DNA of 64,000 nt from Octopus bimaculoides (Eukaryota), in NCBI RefSeq assembly GCF_001194135.2, contig NC_068984.1, forward strand, positions 39,684,991-39,748,990. Direction: 5' to 3'. Below, piece after piece: positions 1-12,730 of the stretch. Numbering within the stretch: the stretch's first letter is position 1; each line of letters begins with the position of its first letter. The notes beneath the pieces are model-generated. The model searched no databases. It worked only from the letters and a program-made list of their open reading frames with translations, and was not told where the DNA came from. Position numbers and translations under genes: made by a program.

Positions 1-38
<38 letters not shown>
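1..38. repeat. (AT)n microsatellite
   Basis: Perfect AT dinucleotide run at the window start; one of many AT/AC/ATC arrays in the window. Confidence 0.95.
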
Positions 39-43
<5 letters not shown>

Positions 44-194
44 CATAGTACAATTTACTTGCATAATATGTAATCAGTATTGTACATCAGAAAACTGCAA
101 GGAGAGTGTGTATTGTTGTCTAAGTTTCCTTTCACTGTCTCTGTAGTCAGAAAGATCACAGAGTAAGGAAGTTCTGGAGAGTTGTTCGGTGCAG

Positions 195-295
195 ATGTGG
201 TGGTGTGGTTAAGAAGCTTGCTATGTGGTCTTGGGTTCAGTCCTACTTTGTGGCACCTTGGGCGAGTATCTTCTACTATAATCTCTTATCAGTGG
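195..295 (+). mobile_element. Degenerate tRNA-derived CORE-like SINE fragment
   Basis: gtggttaagaagcttgct...gggttcagtcc...ggcaccttgggcgagtatcttctactata; same family as copies at 11495, 38510 and 59830. Confidence 0.7.
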
Positions 296-561
296 ATCAA
301 GTAATCCTTCTTCAGAAAAAAAGTTGAAAGGCGAGAAATTAGTGAAAGACAACAGCGTTTTAGAACCTCTGATTTAAAAAAAAATCCTGTTTGTGTGTGT
401 TTGTGTTTACCCTTATCTAGACACCACATGATGGTGGTAAATGAGCATCATCATCATACAAGTGAGGTTATATGGGAAAGTATTACCTTGCTTTGAAACA
501 GGTGAAAATCTGCTTTTAACAAATTCCATCTGACCTGTGCAAATGAAGATGATGATGATTC

Positions 562-596
<35 letters not shown>

Positions 597-1056
597 ATAC
601 ACATACACGTGCACACACACACACTCACACACATGATTGGATGCACTCGGCACAAGGTTCCGTTCTAATGTTGGTTGCATTAGACTCCCACCGTCACATG
701 TATGTGCTGGTCCTCTACAGTCAAAGGCGGCCATGATGTAATACAAAGACCACAGCAATAAGAAGAGAAAGGAACATGGGCATTGACTTGGTGCTCCTTT
801 ATTTCATCTGTTACATATGTTTCAGTGTTCTACAACACATAGCATCACACTGTAGATGCAATCAGGAGATGCACCCTGTAGGACTGGTATGATAAGCAAG
901 CACATCATCAGACAACTGAAATAGGGATATAAGTAACTCTCATGAAGGAACTACAGTTAGAAAGGTGATGGGTGGTGGTGACTTAAGGAGGAAATTGGGT
1001 GAAGGGCCCAGTTGTGCACACATGTACACATGCAGCATTACTAGAACTCAATTTTA

Positions 1057-1790
1057 TCATGGTGGGTGGGTCTTCTTGAGAAACACATACCTCCAATCAT
1101 CCCGGTCCTTTGTCATCTCTTCTGTGAGATTCAAGGTCCTGAGATCAGCCTTCACCACTTCATCATATTTCTTCTTGAGTCTCTCTCTTCTCCTATCTCC
1201 ATCTGCAGTAAGTGATTTGCATTGCTTTATACAGCTGTTCTTGTCCTTGAGTATCACATGTCCATACCAACACAGACTTCTTTCTTGATCTGCTTCCTCT
1301 TATGTCCAGTTTTTCTGTCAGCACATTTGTACTATATCTTTCATACTTACATTACACATTCAATAGAGCATGCTTGCTTCCTTTCTTTTCAAATCTTCTG
1401 CATTACAGGCCCATGTCTCACTCCCATTGCAGTTCTTACACAAACATCATGCAATCTGCTCTTCACCCAAAGGAAAATACCTTTGTTACCAGCAGTAGTA
1501 ACTCTCTGAAATTTCTTCAGCCTATTCTTACTCTGGCTACTATACTTTCAGAGCAACCATCTCCCTTGCTAATTACATATCCTTAATAACAAAAGCTATC
1601 TACTGCTTCTAACGAGCCATTCAGGTATTTAAGAGAATCTATTTCCTGTGTGCTCATAGTATGTATTCCTCTTCTGCAGCTATCACATATGAAGTTTATA
1701 TTCTCTGTTAATTTGTCTGTGATTCCAGCACATCTCGGGCACAGCATATGCAGTTTATATCTACTTGTTTTCTGTGTATCATGCAAGGCT
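1057..1790 (-). mobile_element. RTE-clade LINE, 3' ORF fragment (degenerate)
   Basis: Minus frames give FICDSC...LEAVDSFCY and KKYDEVVKADLRTLNLTEEMTKDRDDWR, collinear with the copy at 15446-16090. Confidence 0.85.
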
Positions 1791-1924
1791 ATTTCCCTGA
1801 TATATATTCATATTGATAGATAGACAGACAGACAGACAGACAGATAGATAGATACACAAGTATATATTCATACATTCATACACACACACATACATTCATA
1901 CATATATATATATACATACATATA

Positions 1925-1969
<45 letters not shown>

Positions 1970-3104
1970 TCACACACACACACATACCAGCATGGAAAAA
2001 TACATCGTTAAACAATGATGATGATGATGATGAATATATATATATATTCATGTAGGTGGGGTTCTTTTCATCTTCATTGTCATAGTAATCCTCATTAGCA
2101 TGTATTACATTAAGCAGGCAGTGTATATTGAATTTAAATAGTGACCTACCCAATTTTTTCAGAATAAGAATATAATCATTTAAACCTTAACCCAACCACC
2201 CATCTTGTTCTTCTACCCCCATGCTCACTCTTCTTCTACCCCCCACCCCCATGCCCACTTTGGCACCTCATTACTACTATCTTTATTTCATTTTCCTGCT
2301 CCACACCGATTACTTTAATTCTTTCATGTATGATATGAGCAATCTCCTACACAACAGGAAATCTGTTCCAGCTCTTTTTCATACTCTAACCTTTCCTCAA
2401 CTAGCATAAAGCTGCCTCACTCCCTAGTGCATCCCCATTCAGTCAAAGGAGATCTTACCTTTGTGAGCTACATGGTGATCTTGCTAGCGCTGGTACACTC
2501 TGCAAAGTGGTTAGCATTAGGAAGAGCATCTGGGCATAGAAATCGTGCCAAATTAGACATTGGCGCATGATGTAGTCTTCTAACTCATCAGGTCCTGTCA
2601 AACCATCCAATCCATACCAGTATGGAAAACAGACATCATGATGAGGATGAGGATGCTATATCTGTGATGAGTGTAAGTGTGTGTGTTTAGCATGGAAAGC
2701 AGACATTAAACGATAATGATGATGATGATATATATATAAATATATATCATCATCATCATCATTGAGTGTCTGTTATCCATGCTGGCACTGGTTGGACAGT
2801 TTGACCAGAGCTGGCAAGCTGGGGAGCTGCACTAGACTCCAGTTTGATTTGGCATGGTTTCTACTTTATTTGTGAGTTAACAAGTCTACCATTGGTTTCA
2901 TGCAGAAAATTCTCAGCAATTATCTGGCCTGTTACACGAGACATTGGTGCTCATCTCCATATATGTATTTGTATGTATTCATATATATTTAAATACATAC
3001 ATAGACATATATTAATCAAAATGTACAGTATTATATACCTATTACAGCTGACCTTACCAAATGGTTTTGCACTGGGTATTAAACTAGGTGTTAGATAACA
3101 GTAT

Positions 3105-3370
3105 GGTTACAAAATACTGCATGCTCATCACAGCCAGCAGGTTTGATAAAAAAAAATGGCAACTACTCTCCATTCACAGTGCCCACAAACCACATCCAGT
3201 TTGTGAGCATTTTCACAATACCCACAACGCACATCCAGTTTGTGGGAAAAGGTGAAACAAACTGAACAAGAGTTATGACCTAGGAGCCAAGGGACGTAAC
3301 TCTTGATACAACCCAGTTCATTTCATCTTTTTTTCACAGCACCCACAAAGTAGATGCAGTTTTTTTTACC
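3105..3370. mobile_element. Palindromic MITE-like element
   Basis: Imperfect terminal inverted repeats ggttacaaaatactgcat / atgcagtttttttacc; internal hairpins aagagttatg...cgtaactctt and cccacaa...ttgtggg. Confidence 0.55.
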
Positions 3371-3589
3371 TCTGGTTATGAGAGCAGTTGCTATATATTT
3401 TTCATAACTGATAGCTCTGACAGGGACACAGTATTACATAACTGTTCTGTTATCTAATATCTAAATTAATACCTAGGGCAAAGCCAATCAGTAAGACTAA
3501 CAATAATGAATATATAATACAGTATCTTTGATTAATATATCCACCCTGTTGACAAATATACGAGTGCATATTTCTTTTTTTTTATTTAT

Positions 3590-4660
3590 GGTTTCTTAGA
3601 CATCTATTCATATGTATATCATCATTTAATGTCTATTTTTTCATATTTGCATGTGTTAGTAAAGAATACATAACCAGAAACCCTTTCTGACACCTACTCC
3701 CAGCTTTTTCCTAAGCAAGATAATAATTTTCCTGTCTATCAAACAAAAGCCCAGTCATATTTACTCAGAGAACTGAAAACAAACAACACCATACAAACGA
3801 CCCTTTTTTGTTTATATAGATCATGCAACATGTCAAAATATATCAAGATGCCTGGACATGCTTTCATGGTGAACTGAAATTAATAGACAATGGAATTTAA
3901 AAAGTAAAGGAGCTAAATATAATGTAACTCAGAACAACAAAACAAAAAACTGAAAAGAATATAAACCTATTTGACAGCACTTAAAGTTCCAGGAGTATCA
4001 AACATATTTACTTCTATCAAACCAAACTATCCAATCCATCTCTGAAGCATGGAAATAAAAGGATTTTTCTCTCAAAAGCCCAATTGACGACAGTTAGAGA
4101 CAAATAAAAGTACCTCACAAAATACCTCACAAGAGCAAAATTCATTTCAGAAAATAACCCATAATTTTCTGCAAAAATTCATGGTGATAGCAGATGTGTA
4201 ATATGCAATGGTGAAAATTACAACTACAATACTTAGAAACTAACTCCAACATGAAAAAAAAAAAAAAATGTATGATCCTTCAAGGTAAATGTGGACTTGA
4301 AATACAGAACAAGAAACTTTAATTTTACATAAGTTGCCCACTTGTTAAGAATATTACATCAGCCAGACTAGAAGCTCCCCTATGTAAATGGAAAATACAT
4401 AAGCAACAATTACGCCATTTAGAATCTAGGAAAACGTTTCTCAGCAAAAATTTACAGATTTGCTGGAATAACAAATACATTTGTCTTTTAATCAATACTT
4501 AAGAGACAATCCAATATGTCATTTAGAAACAGAGACATTGCATAGAATAGTTTTCTCTAAACTTAAATAAACAATAACAGCAAAAAGAGAAATATTTCTA
4601 TGGCTCAAAAGATCCTCATAGGAAAGGATGAAAATGCTAAACTTATGTATTTCCTTTTGA
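3590..4660 (+). mobile_element. Penelope-like retroelement relic (RT thumb plus GIY-YIG endonuclease)
   Basis: Frameshifted ISCP/C*EYYISQTRSS...HKQQLRHLESRKTFLSKNLQIC at ~4330-4465 matches the PLE GIY-YIG pattern (C-x-E-x-YIGQT...H..QIRH); LIDNGI upstream. Confidence 0.6.
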
Positions 4661-4820
4661 TTTTCTGTATTTTTCTCTAATTTTTCTTTTCTTTTTTATG
4701 AAAATTTGAGAAAACCTGATTTCATTTTCAATTTTTTCCTCTCTTTCTTTATTTTATTACTCTTTTAATAATTCAATGCACATTCAAGAACATGACATTT
4801 CGGTCCTATGTATACATGTA

Positions 4821-5727
4821 CCAGGTGGTATCAAAAGGTTCCCGGACTAGTTATGTTTAACAAAGAGTAACTTATTTACCTAAATTTTAACATCATCTCC
4901 TTCAAAATAGTCACGTTCCACAGCAATACATCAGTCCCAGCATTCCTGCCACTTTTGGAATCCAGCTAGGAAGCTGTTTTCTGTAAGTGAGTCAATTACC
5001 TTCTGCAATTCACTCTGGATCTCAGCAACAGTGTTATAATGGTGACCTTTGTGCTGCATTTTCATTTTGGGGAAGTGATGGAAACCCACAGATACTAAAT
5101 CTAGCAAATAGGGAAGGTGCAGAAGTGATGCTGTTCTTACCATGTTGTTTTTGGCAAGAAACTCACAAGTGAGGAGAGCTCAGTGAAAAATCCAATTCTT
5201 CACACTCCACTGATCCAGTTGCTTTCGCCAAAGGTCTTCCCTCAAACACTTCAAAATCTTACAGTAGAACTCTCGATCGATGCTCTGGCCCTGGGGAATG
5301 AATTCTTGATGCACAATATCACATTTCCAGGGGTGACACTTGTGGCAGGTTTTCTAGATCACTCATCATCTTCCAAGGACATTTTTCTGCTTCTGAAGTG
5401 CCCATGCTACTCAAAACATTGTTTATGACCATTGCCTCATTGTCATAAGCTTGCTGAAGCATGTTCAATGTCTCTGTAGCAGATTTCTCAAGTTTATCAT
5501 AAAATTTCATGCTGGCTCTTTGTTCTTGTCCATGGCAAAATTGCAGACTACAGCGTACACATAATCACAAAAATACAAATCTCACAACTCGCAAAGTAAA
5601 CACAATGATGTCACTCAGCACCCTGCCTCATGAAGGTCACTACTAGCTGTCAATGCACACACAACCATATGCTGCCATTTGTTGGTGTGCTACAGGACTA
5701 GTCCAGGAACTTTTTGATACCACCTCA
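4821..5727 (-). mobile_element. Mariner transposon, internally deleted, with both TIRs
   Basis: 31-bp TIRs 4821-4851 and 5697-5727 (27/31 identical) flanked by TA; minus frames give KFYDKLEKSATETLNMLQQAY (HTH) and FPKMKMQHKGHHYNTVAEIQSE...FQKWQECWD (C-terminus). Confidence 0.92.
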
Positions 5728-6269
5728 TATATAAGTGTATCTCTGTGTGTCTGTGTCTGTGTGTGTTCTTGTGCACGTGTGTGTGTGTCTGTCTGTCTGT
5801 CTAAGTGTATATGTATCTATATTGTGTGTAGAGGGCAGGGTTGTGTTTGGATATCTATTTATATAGCACCTGCATGCATGTGTACACCCAAACATATACA
5901 ATTGGTACATGCAGTCATGTATGAAAATCTTTCACTGCACCCAAAATCCATTAATACAAAATTTTTTAACTTAAAATTTTGGTTCAGAGCAAGTTTTCAT
6001 TTGCTACATGACCTTGACGACCTGTCAGTGACAAACTACAGTGCAACCAACTATAGAAAAGTTTTGCTTTCCAACACTATACAACAACAAAAAGAAATAA
6101 ACCAAGATAAAAGATTTAAGTAGTTTTCCGTTTTATTTCCTTAAGAAAATTCAGACATATCTATAAATAAATAACATTAAAAAACATCTCCCTTACTGTT
6201 ATGTTATTCATATCCTTTTCTTCTTTTATTCTTTAATGCGTTTCAGCCTGGTATAACAAAAAGATGAAA

Positions 6270-6520
6270 GGTCCTTTCTGAACCATTGGCTCATAAGGCT
6301 GGCTTCCTGGATTTTGAGGTGTATTTATGTATATATTCCTCCTCCTCCCACACACTGGACAGGATGCCAGTCCATCACAGGATTATCATTTTTGCCTGCT
6401 GATATGACTGGAGTAACATGAAATGAAGTGTTTTGCTCAAGAACACAACACATTGCCCAATCCAGCAATCAAAGCCACAATCTTACAAGCCATGGGTGCA
6501 ACACCCTAACCACTAAGCAA
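6270..6520 (-). mobile_element. tRNA-derived SINE
   Basis: Reverse complement of the family at 11832 (gtgttttgctcaagaacacaac; head caccctaaccactaagc). Confidence 0.75.
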
Positions 6521-6664
6521 CACTTATATATATAAATGAGAGAAAGAGAGAGACAAACAGACGGACAGACAGATATTTATATGTATATATGTAAATATAT
6601 ATTTATGTATGCGTATGTGTGTGTGTGTGTGTGCATGTATGTAAATATATATATATATTATGTA

Positions 6665-6697
<33 letters not shown>

Positions 6698-7479
6698 GCC
6701 ATATATGTATACACACACATGTATATTATATATATTAAAACTGAAGCTGAGAGTTTGTTTCATGACTCAAGTTTCATGCCAGTGCTACACACACACACAT
6801 ACACACACAAGTATAATGTTAATAGACAAAATGAACCTGGATGTGAGAACCCAGAGGGAATCAAATCCACAAGTTTACTGACACCTCAGTGTAATCACTG
6901 GCTATACATCAGTCCTCTGAGAATATGTGCATATTTAGCATTTATAACTGCTCTCTGAAAAACGTTTTTTAATCTTTAACTTATAGGTGTGTGTGTGTTT
7001 AGTCTTTTCTCTTTTTTTTTTTTTTTTGTTGTTAGGCTGTGATTGAGATCCAGTTGTATCTTTTTGCTGATTTTTTCATGATTAAAAGTAATAAGTTTCA
7101 TCTAATAGAGTCAGCTTTATAGCCTAATCCATAAGTTGTTTTGTTTTTGTAGATTTTATTTAATTTTAGTAATAAGTAAGCCAGGATTTAACAGAACGTT
7201 TACATATTTTGTTGCGCAGATGTATAAATGTAGAAGTGAATAAAAAATGAAGGCCCAATAGGTATCAAACCCACATCACCTTTGTTGATATGGATGCCAA
7301 AAATGAAATTACCACTATAGGATAACACAAACATATTTTTGTCTTCAGCTATCTCATTTCCAGGTGGGGTTCTCATCATAACTGAAGTCTCAAGCTGGTC
7401 CATCATTGGCTAGCAGCATATATCAGAATCTTAAGATACATATTTTATTAATTGTCAGATAAAAGCAGTAATGTATTGA

Positions 7480-8250
7480 AGTAAACAAATTCTTCATTTT
7501 CTGTTGAATAATTTCTCTTCAACATCCTGCTGATAATATTGCAAAAAAACAACCAGCAATATCCACAGCATCAGCTGCTCCAGCTCACAGGCTTCTTTCT
7601 TCAAGCCTGATGCCTTCCTGATTTAGTGGGTGTGAGCAGCAGTCCAGAGACTAAGGGTGTTGATGCTCTTAATAGCAATCTGTATGAAAAGAAATGTTTG
7701 TTAGTGACTCATATTTAATCACCATCTACTCCTTGGTGTATTAGATGGCAGCTCCTTGGTTTTTAAATCCAAATTAGAATGGTTGACACTGGAAACTGTG
7801 CCACTAGATAGGGTGTCCAGGTGAGTGACTCTTCTCACTTTCAGATGGAAAATGGGTCATCACACATGGATACTTACCATCACTATGATCGAGAGCAGTG
7901 GGCTCTGATGGTGACAGAAAATTAACAGCATTGAGACACTTTTTAATAACATTATTCAGTGAGGAAAAAGCCTGAGACTGTGATGAGAAGAGAGTGGTTG
8001 TAGTTCAAACTTGTTAACAGTAATTTTACAATGGCATTTATGTAGTTTGAACATGCAATGATCAAGGTGCAGGGCAATAGTAATGCATATACACTCATTG
8101 TTGAGAAGGAAACCATTTGACAAAGGGAATCCTGAGTTGAACCACATGCTGCTGTTTGGTTGTGAGGCCAGTAAAACAGTATCAGTTAAGGAATGACTAG
8201 AGCCTCTTCCTGATGGATCTACATTTGTTGTTTTAGTAGTTTTGATTAGC
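7480..8250 (-). mobile_element. Highly decayed CR1/L2-like LINE 3' region
   Basis: Minus frames give WFNS, FLSPSE...PC and LLVVFLQYYQ...EEKL, in the order expected for Jockey-group RT C-terminal motifs; many stops. Confidence 0.4.
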
Positions 8251-8332
8251 TGCAGATTGGAGAACAGTGAAGCCAGATAGCCTATATCTTCCCAAGCTAT
8301 GAGGAATATGTCCTAAAGCAAAAGAAAAGGGT

Positions 8333-8560
8333 TTAAACCTTTTAGCACTGAGATTGCTATGTTACATGTAATGCTTATTTATTTACATTGTTTTGAATAA
8401 TTGTGCTTATCTCCTAGAGTCAAGATTTCAAAGTTGTGATTGTTTATTTTTGGAAATGACATTGTAGGGTAGATGTGAGAGGCCACATCTGGTTGGTGTG
8501 AATGTAAAGCAGGTAGAATATTTAGGCCAGACACGGCTGGTTTAAATGTTAAAGGGTTAA
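8333..8560. mobile_element. MITE with TTAA-ended inverted repeats
   Basis: Ends ttaaaccttttagca / tgttaaagggttaa; an inverted copy lies at 13651-13872. Confidence 0.75.
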
Positions 8561-8869
8561 GGGACCTATAGGTAAAAAGTCTACAATTACAGATAACATA
8601 TTCATTATGTGACCTGGCATGCTGTCAGTTCCAGTTGATTCAATCAACTAAGCAATCTGCCCATATAAAAAAACACACACTCTTAACACAGGTCTCAAGG
8701 AGATTTGGATTACATATACTACCTATTTTTGTCAGCTGAGTAGACTGGAGTAACATGAAATTAAGTGTCTTGCTCAAGGACATTATGCATCAGCAGGAAT
8801 CAAACTCATGACCTTACAATCATAAGCCAAATACCCTAACCACTAAGTTATGCACCTTCATGTTCATGA

Positions 8870-9310
8870 TGTAATGTAGAAGAAAAATATCAAAGAGCTG
8901 CTGGGTATGCTAAATGATGACACATATAATGAAATATGTTAATAAGATATAAGCAGTAACTCTAGATGCATGAAACTGAGTAGGTTTCATCAGATGTTCA
9001 ATTTGAACCTGAAAAATTGAGTACAAGGAAGTTGAGAAGGCAGTTGTATATCAGAAAAATTGATTAGGGTATGTAAAAGATGTGACTTTTCTGATTTAGT
9101 AATGTAATATATATGCATGATGAGACATTGGGTGAAAATTGTGGTGTATAGTTAAAGCAAGGAGTAGTATGACTAGGGCAAATAAAAAAGCAAAAAGAAA
9201 TTCAGTGTGTAATTCAATAAGATACTAGGTTGTTGGATCTAATAGATTAAGTGACACAGGATAGGAATGATTGAAGATATGTGCAAACCCATTTAATCTA
9301 TACTGATGTG
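8870..9310 (+). mobile_element. Decayed RTE-like LINE 3' end
   Basis: Purine-rich relic ending gacacaggataggaatgattgaagatatgtgcaaaccc (DR..W-like terminal motif), followed by (GAT)n. Confidence 0.4.
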
Positions 9311-9786
9311 GAAAATAGATAACTAATTAAAGATGAAGATGATGATGATTACGATAATGATGTTTATGATGGTAATAATAATAATAATAATAATATATAT
9401 ATATATGTATGTATATGTATACATACATACATACATACATGCATATATATATGTGTGTGTATGTATGTATAGTGTGAAAATCTTATTTGTGTGGATAAAT
9501 ATGTAAAGTGACAGCACACATATTCATTATCAAAGTGTTCTGGTAGATTTGAACATGAATATGCAAATCACTTGTATTTTAGCATTGGAGAACAACTTCT
9601 TTCAAAGTACCCTTACTCCAATGAATCCAGTGTGTTATGAATACACATTCATCTTCTGAAGAAATTCTCCAATAGCAAAACACAATGGCTATTAGCTTAT
9701 TCATGTTTGTGTCTGCTAGAATATATTAAGAATGAATATGTGTCACAATTTTGATTCTAATGGTGCACATAATGATTTATCATTTA

Positions 9787-10268
9787 CAAGGTGGTATCAC
9801 AAAGTTCCTGGACTTGTTCTGTAGCATGCCAACAGATGGTAGCACACAGTTGCATGCACAATGAGAGCTAGCAGTGACCTTCATGAAGCAGTGCTGATTG
9901 ATATTACTGTTTACCTCACAAGTTGTGAAATGTATATTTTTCTGATCACTTGTATGCTATAGTCTGCAATTTTGTCATAGACAGGAAGTTGGAACAAAGA
10001 ACCAATGTGAAATTTTGTGTTAAATTTGGGAAGTCTGCTACAGAGACGTTGAGCATACTTCAGCAAGCTTATGGCAACAAGGCAATGGGTTGTATGCAAT
10101 GTTTCAAGTAGCACAGGTGCTTCAAAAACAGAAGAATGTCCCTGGAGTATGATGAGCAATCTGGAAGACCTGCCATGAGTGTCACCCCCAGAAATGTGGA
10201 GAAATTTCATCAGCTTGTGCATGAGGATCATCAGAGAACAATCAACAATATTGCTGGCGTTGTTGGTC
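9787..10268 (+). mobile_element. Mariner transposon 5' half (same family as 4821-5727)
   Basis: TA + TIR caaggtggtatcacaaagttcctggact; + frame EQRTNVKFCVKFGKSATETLSILQQAYGN...DEQSGRP; 3' truncated. Confidence 0.9.
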
Positions 10269-11066
10269 CTTGCAGGCAATCCTAATATTTCAATGGGCCC
10301 TTGGAGGCAAATAAAAAACATTATTAATGGATGGGCAGAATCATAAGTATGTTAGATAAAATACCTTGCAGTATTTACAGCCCCTTACATTCTGAGTTCA
10401 AATCCAACCTTAGTCAAAATTGCCTTTCATCCTTCTGAGGTTGGTAAAATGGAGTATTAGTCAAACACTAGGGGCTGAAACTGTTTCTCTACTTACCAAA
10501 TTTCTGATTCTGCACATATATTAGAAATTGTTAAGAATGGAGCTGGCTTTTTTATGTTCTGAGTTCAAATTCCATCGAGATCAACTTTGCCTTTTAAGGT
10601 CGATAAGATAACTACCAGTTGAGTTTTAGTGATGTAATCAACTTACTCCCTGCCAAAATTTTAAACTGTTATTCCCAATTTTCTGTGAAAACAGAGAAAT
10701 ATTAAGTTACTTGGAAACAGGTAAGAGTTGCTCAGCAAATTGTGTCCAACTCATGCCAGCATGGACAACAGACAGTAAATGATGATGGTAATATATATAT
10801 GTACATATATANNNNNNNNNNNNNNNNNNNNNNNNNNNNNNNNNNNNNNNNNNNNNNNNNNNNNNNNNNNNNNNNNNNNNNNNNNNNNNNNNNNNNNNNN
10901 NNNNNNNNNNNNNNNNNNNNNNNNNNNNNNNNNNNNNNNNNNNNNNNNNNNNNNNNNNNNNNNNNNNNNNNNNNNNNNNNNNNNNNNNNNNNNNNNNNNN
11001 NNNNNNNNNNNNNNNNNNNNNNNNNNNNNNNNNNNNNNNNATATACACACACATATATATATATAT

Positions 11067-11098
<32 letters not shown>

Positions 11099-11494
11099 GT
11101 ATATATGTGTGTGTGTATGTATATATATATATATATCTTTTAAGGTTCACTGGTTAATCTCATAAACCAAGTTTTAAAAGAACAGTTATTTATTTTTAAA
11201 AGATTTCTTTATGGTTTGCAGACCTATGTTTGAAATTCTGTATGTAAAGAATTTTTTCTCCTATGTCTCTAAATACTTTTCAGGTGTTATTTATGTTTTG
11301 TATCTCTTAGGAGGCAGTAGACAAGTAAACAACATACTATTTTCTTACACTGCTTTATATTGGTTGCTTGTCTGTAGTAAGTAAGTAGCTGACTATATGT
11401 TGGACTTTGTTCAGTTCATTCTTCATTCATACATGCTATTTAGTATCGCTGTTGGTACACTGGGATGGATATGAGTATATGTATATGACGTACA

Positions 11495-11650
11495 GACATG
11501 GCAGTGTGGTTAAAAGTTTGTTTCCTAGCCAAATGGTTCTCGTTTCTGTCCCATTGCATGGCACCTTGTGCAAGTGTCTTCTACTATAGCGTTGGGTTAA
11601 CCAAAGTTTTGTGAGTGGATTTTGTAGGCAGAAATTGAAAGAAACACCTT
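11495..11650 (+). mobile_element. CORE-like SINE
   Basis: ggcagtgtggttaaaagt...ggcaccttgtgcaagtgtcttctactatagc...gaaattgaaagaaac. Confidence 0.75.
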
Positions 11651-11831
11651 TTTGTATGTGTGTGTGAGTGTGTGCATGTCTACACCGCTGGATCAACCAT
11701 TAAGCAAAATAAGCATATGCTTACAGTATCAAGAGAAGTGGGGCACCACAGAAATGATAAATAGTTTATGGCACAAAGGAAATCACTTTAAACTTGCTAA
11801 AAGAATATTCAGGATGCCTTATCTCTACTGG

Positions 11832-12062
11832 TGTAGGCGCATGGCTTAGTGGTTAGCGTATTGGACTCAAGATTGTAAGATTGTGCTTTGATTCCCAGAC
11901 CGAGCAACGCGTTGTGTTCTTGAACAATACACTTCATTTCACATTGCTCCATCCGACTCAGCTGGCAAAAATGAGTAATCCATGACAGACCAGTGTCCCA
12001 TCCAGGTGGGGAATTTATATGCCATGGAAACAGGAAACCAGCCCTTATGAGTCTGTATGACT
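11832..12062 (+). mobile_element. tRNA-derived SINE, near full length
   Basis: A-box tggcttagtgg, degenerate B-box gctttgattcc, central ttgtgttcttgaacaatacac. Confidence 0.8.
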
Positions 12063-12084
12063 CAGAAAGGAACTTTACTTTTTA

Positions 12085-12370
12085 CTTATCTCTACTTAGT
12101 ATAAAAGCAGATATATTACATAAGATTAATTTTAAGGATCTGATCGAAGACTTTGCAATTAAAAATGTTGGAGAAAACTTTTCAAATATAAATAAAGTAG
12201 AAGTCTACATAAATAAACATTATTTTCCATTTTACTGTTTGTTTTGTTTCATTTTGAAAAATTATAATACATTTTATGCTTTTTTATTGTTTATATTTTG
12301 AATTACACATATATAGGGCACCAAAATCTTTCAAGTGCTTAGGATCTCTATGGGTCATAATCCAGCCCTA
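12085..12370 (+). mobile_element. hAT transposon 3' fragment
   Basis: LSLLSIKADILHKINFKDLIEDFAIK resembles the end of the hAT dimerisation domain; end motif ataatccagccct resembles a hAT TIR. Confidence 0.65.
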
Positions 12371-12378
12371 TGTATACA

Positions 12379-12412
<34 letters not shown>

Positions 12413-12419
12413 TCTATGT

Positions 12420-12730
12420 ACAGGATGGTCACTAGAAAAGCAGAAATTTTGAAGGCAAAACTAAATCTACCCCTGACTTTATTGCACCTGAAGATTGGCC
12501 TTCAAAGTGTTCGGACTTAAATGTGATGAATTACTGTGTCTGGAGCTTGTTATTAGCAGAGATACAGAAATATCAATACCATATAACTGTCATTGATAAA
12601 TTGAAAACGTGTTTCATAAAAGCTTGGAACATCCTTCAAGTCATACTTCAAAATGCCACACAAGCTTGGATTTCTCAATTAAAACACTGTCGCAAAGTGC
12701 ACAGAAGACATTTTGAACATTTGTAAGTGT
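12420..12730 (+). mobile_element. Tc1/mariner-superfamily transposase C-terminal fragment
   Basis: DFIAPEDWPSKCSDLNVMNYCVWS...LKTCFIKAW...RRHFEHL* matches the WP..SPDLNP.D / GGHFE pattern. Confidence 0.75.

Noticed and set aside
7878-7977. Apparent minus-strand exon with strong splice sites (SQAFSSLNNVIKKCLNAVNFLSPSEPTALDHSD)
   Set aside because: It lies within a decayed LINE whose motifs continue on both sides, and it does not chain into a long frame with the neighbouring acceptors (7679 gives DCY*). Exonisation is not excluded.
10707-11165. Long ORFs here and at the other N-gaps
   Set aside because: Artefacts of N runs and dinucleotide repeats.
11832-11905. tRNA-like heads here and in the other SINEs
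   Set aside because: Degenerate B-boxes, no complete cloverleaf, and continuous with SINE bodies; not tRNA genes.
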